This document shows positions 15,994-22,225 of a stretch of 22,225 nucleotides of DNA, in pieces. The notes below the pieces were generated by a model. The model was not told the DNA's origin. It worked only from the letters and a program-made list of their open reading frames with translations, and searched no databases. The position numbers and the translations under genes were made by a program. Source of the DNA: Archangiaceae bacterium (GTDB lineage Bacteria; Myxococcota; Myxococcia; Myxococcales; Myxococcaceae). How positions within the stretch are numbered: the stretch's first letter is position 1; each line of letters starts with the position of its first letter. Location: positions 1 to 22,225 of the forward strand of contig JAYVCD010000070.1 of NCBI GenBank assembly GCA_043750125.1, in the 5' to 3' direction.

Positions 15994-17942
15994 CAGCGTT
16001 CCGCCAGCCTCGCGGCCGACGCCATCATCAGCTCGCGCGTCAAGGCATCGGTCTCGCGCTCGAGCGCGGCGTGCAACGGAATCAACATCTCGCGCTCGCC
16101 CGAGACGGCGATCGTGCGCGCGGCAGCCACCCGAACGTCCCACCGCGGGTGGGTGAGCTTTTCGACCGCCAGCTGCGGACCTTCGGGAAACCCGGCTGCA
16201 AAAGAAAGGGCCGCCTTCACGACCTCGGGGTCGGCGTGCCGCACCGCGCGCTGCAACAACCCCGGGCCCAACACCCCCAACGCAAACAGCGCTTGAAGTG
16301 CGGCCAGCGCGCCAGCGCCGGTGCCCGCGACCATCGTCTCGAGGCTCGAGCTCACCTCGCGCGCACCGAGCTCTCCGGCAGCGACTGCAGCCGAAGTGAG
16401 CACCGCTGCCTCGGGGTCGGCCAGCGCCCGGCGCAACAACGGAAGCGCGTCGCTCGAAGACAGCCGGCCCAACGCGCGCGCGGCAGCCCTTCGAACCAGC
16501 GAAGACTCGTCGGCCAATGCGGTCGACAGCAGCTCGAGCCCCAGGCTGGCCGAGGCTTCGGCCGCGGCAGCGCGGACCCGTTCGTCGGCTTCGTGGGCAC
16601 ACCGGCGCAACATCGCCAGCGCGTCCGAGGCGGGCGCGACCTGGGCGTACGCTCGCAGCGCGTGGGGACGAGGGCGGCGCTCCAGCGACTGCAACAGCGC
16701 CTGGGTGCATTCCTCGGGGACGGTGACGGACAGGGTGACCAGCGCGCGCGCGGCCGAAGCGGCCAGCAGGTCATCGTCGAGCATCAACGACAGCGGCTCG
16801 ACCGCGCTGTGAGACCGGCAGCGGCCCAGAGCGCGCGCGGCCAGCTCGGCGAGCTCGAAGTCTCCCGCGCGAGCGAGCGCGGCGAGGGCAGGAACCAGGG
16901 CGGGTTCGGCGGCCCGCAGAATCCCTTCGCCGGCGACGGATCTCGCCTCTCGCCCCAGCAAGGTGAGCGCAGGAGGATCTCCTTCGAGCAGCGCCCGGGC
17001 CGCCGGCAGGCCCAGGCGGGTGAGGACCTTGAGCGCGGCCTCGGCGAGCTCGCCTCCTTCCGCCGCAGAAGCCACCTCGACCGCCAACCCGTACAACGAC
17101 GCGGCCTGCACCGCTTGCAGGGCTCCGTGGCGCAGCGATCGTTCTTCCGAGCCCAGCGCCTGGGTCAGCCATGCTTCGACGTCCCCGATGTGGCGCAGCG
17201 TCATCTTCAGCTCGCCCTCCCCGTCCGCGAACAGCCCGACTTCTCGGGCACCCAGGCCCGCCAACGCGCCATCGCGCGCAGGGGTGAGCAGCCCGCGGCA
17301 CAGCAACGCAAAAGCCGTCGGGTGCCCAATCTGCCCCAACAGCCGCCAGGCACTGCGCGCGGTCTCGATCGATTCGAGGTGGGGCAACAGGCGCGGCAGA
17401 GGAGGTGGGCGGCCCAGCTGGCCCAGCCCTTCGAGCGCACACAACCGCAAGATCGGCTCGGGCGAAAGCAGCTGCTGCTCGAGCGCCCGACAGGCCGCGA
17501 CGCCCCCCATTCGACCCAGCGCCTCGGCGGCGGCGACCCGGACGTTGGGGTCCGAGTCGTCGAGCCGGGCGATCAGCTCGTCGAGCGCTTCGGGTTGCCG
17601 CAGCTCTCCGAGGATGTCGGCGGCGAACTTTCGCTGATCGGGGTCCCCGTGGTTCAGCAAGGCGAGCAATGCCGGCACGGCCGCGGGCCCCAGCTGCCCC
17701 AGCGCCATCGCCGCGGCGTTGCGCGCACCGGTCTGATTGCGATCTCCCAGAACCTTGATCAACCGATCGACGAGCGCGGGCGTCGCATCGACCCGGGCCA
17801 ACAGCTCGGCGGCAAGCTTTCGCACCCGCCAGCTCACGTCGTACAGCGCGGTCACCAGGCCTTCGAGCGCATCCTCTTCGGCGCCCGCCTTGAGCAAGGC
17901 CTGGTAGCGGGCCTCGGACGCCTCGTCTCCATCGAGCGGCAT
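15993..17942 (-). CDS. HEAT/PBS-lyase repeat protein
   Basis: Start at ATG 17942 (or GTG 17945), coupled to the cheW stop. Repeated L...L.D....VR..AA.ALG units: DVSWRVRKLAAELL, DPDQRKFAADILG, DPNVRVAAAEALG, DESSLVRRAAARALG, HPRWDVRVAAARTI. Confidence 0.9.
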   Translation of the reverse strand: MPLDGDEASEARYQALLKAGAEEDALEGLVTALYDVSWRVRKLAAELLARVDATPALVDRLIKVLGDRNQTGARNAAAMALGQLGPAAVPALLALLNHGDPDQRKFAADILGELRQPEALDELIARLDDSDPNVRVAAAEALGRMGGVAACRALEQQLLSPEPILRLCALEGLGQLGRPPPLPRLLPHLESIETARSAWRLLGQIGHPTAFALLCRGLLTPARDGALAGLGAREVGLFADGEGELKMTLRHIGDVEAWLTQALGSEERSLRHGALQAVQAASLYGLAVEVASAAEGGELAEAALKVLTRLGLPAARALLEGDPPALTLLGREARSVAGEGILRAAEPALVPALAALARAGDFELAELAARALGRCRSHSAVEPLSLMLDDDLLAASAARALVTLSVTVPEECTQALLQSLERRPRPHALRAYAQVAPASDALAMLRRCAHEADERVRAAAAEASASLGLELLSTALADESSLVRRAAARALGRLSSSDALPLLRRALADPEAAVLTSAAVAAGELGAREVSSSLETMVAGTGAGALAALQALFALGVLGPGLLQRAVRHADPEVVKAALSFAAGFPEGPQLAVEKLTHPRWDVRVAAARTIAVSGEREMLIPLHAALERETDALTRELMMASAARLAER

Positions 17943-18403
17943 CACGGCTCGCCCCCGCGTTCGACCAGCAGGGCCTTCACATCGAGCATCAACAGCAGCC
18001 TCGAGCCGAGGGAACAGACGCCCAGCACGTGGGCCCGGGCTCCCTTCTTCCCCGACAGTGGAGCGGCCTGCAGCGCCTCGATCGGCACCTTCAAGATCGC
18101 GTTGACCGCGTCGACCCGCAACGCCACCCGCGCAGGGCCCAGCCGGCACAGCACCAACCTTTCACTCGGGTGGGCCTTGGGAATTTCGCCCAACAGCTGC
18201 CTTCGAACGTCGATCACCGGAATGATCGACCCCCGCAGGTTGACCACGCCTTCGACGAATTTCGGGGCCCGACGCACCCGGGTAATCGCCGGCACCGCGA
18301 GGATCTCTTCGACCCTCATGATGTCGATGACGTATTCTTCTTCCCCAATTCGAAAGGCGCACAGCTGCACCCGCGTGTCCCGGCCTTCCTGCGCGAGGCT
18401 CAC
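17942..18403 (-). CDS. cheW: Chemotaxis coupling protein CheW (second copy)
   Basis: GTG at 18403 overlaps the upstream stop (GTGA). AFRIGEEEY.IDI..V.EI, P.FVEGVVNLRG.IIPVID. Confidence 0.93.
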   Translation of the reverse strand: MSLAQEGRDTRVQLCAFRIGEEEYVIDIMRVEEILAVPAITRVRRAPKFVEGVVNLRGSIIPVIDVRRQLLGEIPKAHPSERLVLCRLGPARVALRVDAVNAILKVPIEALQAAPLSGKKGARAHVLGVCSLGSRLLLMLDVKALLVERGGEP

Positions 18404-18948
18404 CGCAGCACCTGGGCCACGTCGAGCAGGATGTAGAGCGCGTCGCCCTTGCGCGCGAGGCCCGAAATCGAATCGCGGTCGCTGGTCCCTGCAGGTGCGG
18501 CCTCGAACCGCGAAACCCACAGCTTGACCACTTCATCGACCCCATCGACCAGGACCCCGGCATCGCCCTGCTCGTCTCGCACCAGCACCACCCGCGCCGC
18601 TCGGGGAAGATCCGTCGGGCCGGTCACGACCGGCGGGTGGGCAATCAACCCCAACCGGTGCTTCACGTCGTAGACCGGCAGCACTTCGCCCCGCAGGTTC
18701 ATCACTCCCAGCAGACCCTTTTGTCCCCGCGGGACCTCGGTGAGCAGGGGGACCTTCACGATCTCGCGAACGTCTTCGATCGGCACTGCGTAGGTCTCGG
18801 TCTCGAGGTGAAAGGCCAGATATTCCTTCGGCTCTTCGGCGTCGACGGGAAGCACCGGCTCGGCAGAATCGGTTTGCAACTTCTCGAGCGGGCCGACCTC
18901 TTCGTCGGCCCGATAGAAGAATGAATCGAGGATCGTCGAGAGCGGCAA
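18400..18948 (-). CDS. cheW: Chemotaxis coupling protein CheW (first copy, acidic N-terminal extension)
   Basis: TTG start; EYLAFHLETETYAVPI..VREI, VP.....LLGVMNLRGEVLPVYD, GVLVDGV.EV. Confidence 0.93.
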   Translation of the reverse strand: MPLSTILDSFFYRADEEVGPLEKLQTDSAEPVLPVDAEEPKEYLAFHLETETYAVPIEDVREIVKVPLLTEVPRGQKGLLGVMNLRGEVLPVYDVKHRLGLIAHPPVVTGPTDLPRAARVVLVRDEQGDAGVLVDGVDEVVKLWVSRFEAAPAGTSDRDSISGLARKGDALYILLDVAQVLR

Positions 18949-19005
18949 CGGAAAGGTTTTAGCTCACCCCGCGGTTATCGCGAGGACGCATACTGTCTGT
19001 TCCCC

Positions 19006-19992
19006 ATGGTCCTGTTCCTTTCAATGCTGCTTGCAGTTTCCGACGCTGGAACGGCGACTGCCGACGCAGGGGTGGCCGGCTGGCGGCTGTCTCAAAAGCT
19101 CTCCAAAGGCAGCGCCCTGCGCGAAGCGCTGGTGGCCGACCTCGTCGCCGATGCAGGCCGAGACCCGATGTTCCGAGGCGAAGAGCCGCTCACCCGGGCC
19201 GACTGCGATGCGCTGCTCGACGACCCCCGCGCCGAGCTCGTCTACGGCACCAAGACCGTTTCCATCGTGGCGCCTTCGATGCTCACCCGACAGCGCAACG
19301 ATCACATCGACCTGATGAAGCTGTTCTTGCTGCCCGAGCGGCTCAATGCCGGAGCCGCCTTCGTCAAAGACCACCGCGCCTCACTGCAGCGCGCCCAGGA
19401 CAAGCACAGCGTGGACTACGCAGTGATCATCGCGATCCTGACCTGGGAATCGAAGCTGGGGACGATCACTGGCGACTACCGGGCGTTCAACGCGCTCGCC
19501 TCGCAAGCCTTCTTCGTCGACGACGCCAACAGCGTCGCGCTCGCTTCGGCCGACGAGAAAAAGCTGCTCGACGACGCAGCCCAGAAGCGGCGGGTCACGA
19601 CCATTCGAGAGCGCGGCCGACGAAACCTGGTGGCGCTGCTGCGGCAATGCAAAGCGCGGGGCATCGACGCGCTCGAGGTCAAGGGAAGCTGGGCGGGAGC
19701 GCTGGGCTTTCCGCAGTTCATGCCGGCGAGCCTGCAGTGGGCAGACGACGGCGACGGCGATGGGAAGATCGACCTGTTTACGTTCGACGACGCGATTTTT
19801 TCAATCGGCCGGTACCTGTCGGAACACCACTTCAGCAAAGACCGAAAAAAAGCCGTCTGGCACTACAACCACGAGGACGCCTACGTCGAAGGCGTGCTCG
19901 CCTACGCCGACGCTCTGCGAAGCATGATTTCGCCCGATGGGGGAATGCCCGACGGGGGACTCCCGGCGGCCGATGCAGGGCTCAAACGCTAA
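19006..19992 (+). CDS. Lytic murein transglycosylase, MltB/Slt35 (SLT_2) family
   Basis: Signal peptide; catalytic Glu in ILTWESKLG; GSWAGALGFPQFMPAS; EF-hand-like DGDGDGKID; DAI.SIG.YL; YNH...YV..V. Confidence 0.92.
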   Translation: MVLFLSMLLAVSDAGTATADAGVAGWRLSQKLSKGSALREALVADLVADAGRDPMFRGEEPLTRADCDALLDDPRAELVYGTKTVSIVAPSMLTRQRNDHIDLMKLFLLPERLNAGAAFVKDHRASLQRAQDKHSVDYAVIIAILTWESKLGTITGDYRAFNALASQAFFVDDANSVALASADEKKLLDDAAQKRRVTTIRERGRRNLVALLRQCKARGIDALEVKGSWAGALGFPQFMPASLQWADDGDGDGKIDLFTFDDAIFSIGRYLSEHHFSKDRKKAVWHYNHEDAYVEGVLAYADALRSMISPDGGMPDGGLPAADAGLKR

Positions 19993-22025
19993 GCTTGAGC
20001 CGCTGAACGGGGGCGCAGCAGCTCTTCGATCACCGACGCCACGTCGAGCACCAGCACGGTTCTGCGGTTGCCCAGGTCGGTCGCGCCCGCCACCCCCGGA
20101 ACCGAGCGCAGCCTTCCGCCCAGCGGCTTGGTGACGATGTCCTGCTGGCCGAGCAACTGGTCGACCGCCAGGCCCACGCGCTGTTGGGCCAGGCCGACGA
20201 CGACAACCTGGTGCCGTTCGAGCCGCGTCTCCGGAAGCCCGAACACCCGAGAGAGCCGCACGAAGGGCACGGTTTGCCCCCGCAGGCTGAAGACCTCTTT
20301 TCTCTCGATCGTGCGCAGCTCGGCGGCCTGCACCTGAACAATCTCGAGCACGCTGTTCAGTGGCACCGCCCAGATTCTTCCACTCACCTCGACCACCAGC
20401 GCCCGAATGATCGCGAGCGTCAGCGGCAGCGTGAGGGTGAAGGTGGTGCCCTGGCCGCGCTTGCTGTCGATGTCGATGATCCCCGACAGCCGGGCGAGGT
20501 TGGTCTTCACCACGTCGAGCCCCACTCCGCGCCCCGACAGCTCGCTGACCCGGGCGCGGGTCGAGAAGCCCGGAAGGAAGACGAGGTTCAACAGCTCGCG
20601 GCGCTCGAGCCCTTCGGCCTGGGCGACGGTGACCAGATCTCGTTCGATCGCCACTTCGCGGATGCGCTCTTCGTTCATCCCCGCCCCGTCGTCGCCCACC
20701 TCGAGCACCACGTGGTTTCCCTGCTGCCGGGCCTTGAGGCGAACCACCGCCCGGCGCGACTTGCCTGCTTTGACCCGCAGCTCGGGGGCTTCGACTCCGT
20801 GATCGATCGCGTTGCGCAGCAGGTGCATCAGGGGGTCCGACAGCTCTTCGACGATCAGCTTGTCGAGCTCTACGTCGCCTCCCCCGAGATCGAAGTCGAT
20901 CTCCTTTCCACTTTCCCTCACGATTCTGCGGACCAGGCGGGCCAGCTTGTCGAAGACCTGACCTAAAGGAACCATTCGCACTTCGAGGATCCCTTTCTGC
21001 AGCTCGTCGAGCTTGCGTTCGAGCGCCCGGCTCTCTTTGAATAGCTCCTGGCCCCACAGCTTCGGCAAGGGCACCGCGGAAGCCGCGGCCTGGCGCGCGG
21101 CCTCAGCCAGCTGCTGAATGTTGCTCTTGATCAGCAGCAGCTCGCCGACCGCGTTCATCAAACCGTCCAGCCGGCCGATGTCCACCCGCACCGTCTGGGT
21201 CAGCGACCGCAGGGACGTTTCGGGGGTCGCGGGTCGGGTCGATTCGACTTCCCTCGGTGCCAGGAAGGTCTTGGGCGCCGCCGCGGGGGTGAGAATCGAG
21301 ATGATCGCCTTCTGCTCGGCAGAGGCAGTCTGAAGATCCGCCTGCGAACGCGCGCTTCCGAAGACGAGATCAAAGGCGATCGTGCTGTCGTCCCCGGGCT
21401 GGGAAGAAGGCAGCGTCGAAATCACCTCGCCCATCGGCTTCAGCTTCGCGTTCAGCGCCGCCAGCCCCTTGTCGAAATCGGAAAGGCTGAAGACGACCCG
21501 CACCCGATAGAGCGCGACGCCCTTCTTCGCGTTCTCTCGCAGCCGGTGTTCTTCGTACTCGGTCAGCACCGCGCGCATCTGGGGGTCCAGCCCCAGGCTG
21601 TCCAGCGGGTCGACCACAGCCACCACCGCCGTGCCCACCAACCGCTGCAGCCGCTGGGTCTGAATCAACGCCTGCTGCTGAGCCGGGCCATCGACCATCT
21701 CTTCCGCCGCTTCGGCCAACAGCGCGTTGAGCAGGTCGAGCGTTTCAATCAAAGCATCGAGCAGCGCATCGTCGAGCGCGACGCGGCCCAACCGCAGCCC
21801 ATCGAGCAGGTCTTCGGCCTGGTGCGCCAGCCGGGCGATGGGATCCTGGCCGAACATCCCCGACAGCCCCTTGAGCGAATGGGCGGCGCGAAAGACACCA
21901 TTGAGAAGATCCGGGTCTGGATCCTGACCGCGGCGCTCGTCGAGAGTCAGCAGGTCCCGGCCAAGCGCTTCGAGGATCTCGTTCGCCTCGGCAATGAACT
22001 CCGAGAGGGCTCGAGAGCGGGCCAT
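19989..22025 (-). CDS. cheA: Chemotaxis histidine kinase CheA (Hpt, P2-like, dimerisation, HATPase, CheW-like; no REC)
   Basis: FRAAHSLKG, TVRVD..RLD.LMN.VGEL, RMVP, HLLRNAIDHG, DDGAG, FLPGFST, SGRGVGLDVV, LPLTLAI, QQDIV.KPL. Confidence 0.97.
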   Translation of the reverse strand: MARSRALSEFIAEANEILEALGRDLLTLDERRGQDPDPDLLNGVFRAAHSLKGLSGMFGQDPIARLAHQAEDLLDGLRLGRVALDDALLDALIETLDLLNALLAEAAEEMVDGPAQQQALIQTQRLQRLVGTAVVAVVDPLDSLGLDPQMRAVLTEYEEHRLRENAKKGVALYRVRVVFSLSDFDKGLAALNAKLKPMGEVISTLPSSQPGDDSTIAFDLVFGSARSQADLQTASAEQKAIISILTPAAAPKTFLAPREVESTRPATPETSLRSLTQTVRVDIGRLDGLMNAVGELLLIKSNIQQLAEAARQAAASAVPLPKLWGQELFKESRALERKLDELQKGILEVRMVPLGQVFDKLARLVRRIVRESGKEIDFDLGGGDVELDKLIVEELSDPLMHLLRNAIDHGVEAPELRVKAGKSRRAVVRLKARQQGNHVVLEVGDDGAGMNEERIREVAIERDLVTVAQAEGLERRELLNLVFLPGFSTRARVSELSGRGVGLDVVKTNLARLSGIIDIDSKRGQGTTFTLTLPLTLAIIRALVVEVSGRIWAVPLNSVLEIVQVQAAELRTIERKEVFSLRGQTVPFVRLSRVFGLPETRLERHQVVVVGLAQQRVGLAVDQLLGQQDIVTKPLGGRLRSVPGVAGATDLGNRRTVLVLDVASVIEELLRPRSAAQA

Positions 22026-22225
22026 CAGAGCAGGTTGAGGTATTGCTTCACGAGCGCGACCAGAACTTCGGACTCGAACGGCTTGATCAAATATTCGGCG
22101 GCCCCCAGCGCCAGGCCCCGCGCGCGATCTTGATCTCGCCCTTCGGTGGTCACCACGAACAGCGGAGTGTCCCGGTAATTCGGGTTCTTCTTCACGAAGT
22201 TGATGAGCTCGAGCCCGTTGATGTC
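22025..22225 (-). CDS. cheY: Response regulator receiver, CheY-like (partial; 5' end outside window)
   Basis: Not in the ORF track; translated by hand as DINGLELINFVKKNPNYRDTPLFVVTTEG...GLALGAAEYLIKPF...LNLL*. Its TGA (22027-22025) overlaps the cheA ATG (TGATG). Confidence 0.88.
   Translation of the reverse strand, partial: DINGLELINFVKKNPNYRDTPLFVVTTEGRDQDRARGLALGAAEYLIKPFESEVLVALVKQYLNLL

Noticed and set aside
15994..16710. Apparent N-terminal extension of CheR (524-aa ORF)
   Set aside because: It overlaps the HEAT gene in another frame and is Arg/Gly/Ala-rich noise. The ATG at 15993 has a TGATG coupling and gives a normal-length CheR.
17946..18520. Extended starts for the HEAT protein (18149) and second CheW (18520)
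   Set aside because: They overlap upstream cheW genes; coupled starts at 17942/17945 and 18403 fit better.
16071..18527. 818-aa plus-strand ORF, and other long antisense ORFs (235-1467, 2004-3626, 5840-7177, 7328-8389, 12346-13638, 14863-16296)
   Set aside because: They lie opposite well-supported genes and have no recognisable motifs. Long stop-free antisense frames are expected in high-GC coding DNA.
1..22225. CRISPR arrays, IS elements, integrases, rRNA or tRNA genes
   Set aside because: No regularly spaced repeats, transposase or recombinase motifs, or structural RNA signatures were seen; nearly all of the window is accounted for by protein genes.

Overview
High-GC window that looks myxobacterial (Myxococcota), judged from the gene set and protein style. 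Left part is mostly housekeeping: a partial membrane protein, a DUF4388 protein, a membrane TPR protein, mazG, rpsT, lptE, a small membrane protein and leuS. Right part is a minus-strand chemosensory cluster with no receptor in view (cheY-cheA // cheW-cheW-HEAT-cheR-cheB-cheY, similar to Myxococcus xanthus Che8). It is interrupted between cheA and cheW by an antisense MltB-type lytic transglycosylase. Between the two blocks (about 8.4-13.6 kb) lie four accessory genes. These are a sensorless histidine-kinase-like protein with a degenerate ATP-binding domain, an SH3b-NlpC/P60 lipoprotein with a sigma54-type promoter and terminator, a divergent exported beta-propeller-like protein, and a 657-aa exported protein with possible distant DUF3160 similarity. 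Best leads: the NlpC/P60-propeller pair, the pseudokinase, the DUF4388/MshEN-like/pseudopilin-like fusion with its TPR partner, and the transglycosylase inside the che operon. No rRNA, tRNA, CRISPR array or transposase was seen. All family calls are by motif recognition only; no searches were run.
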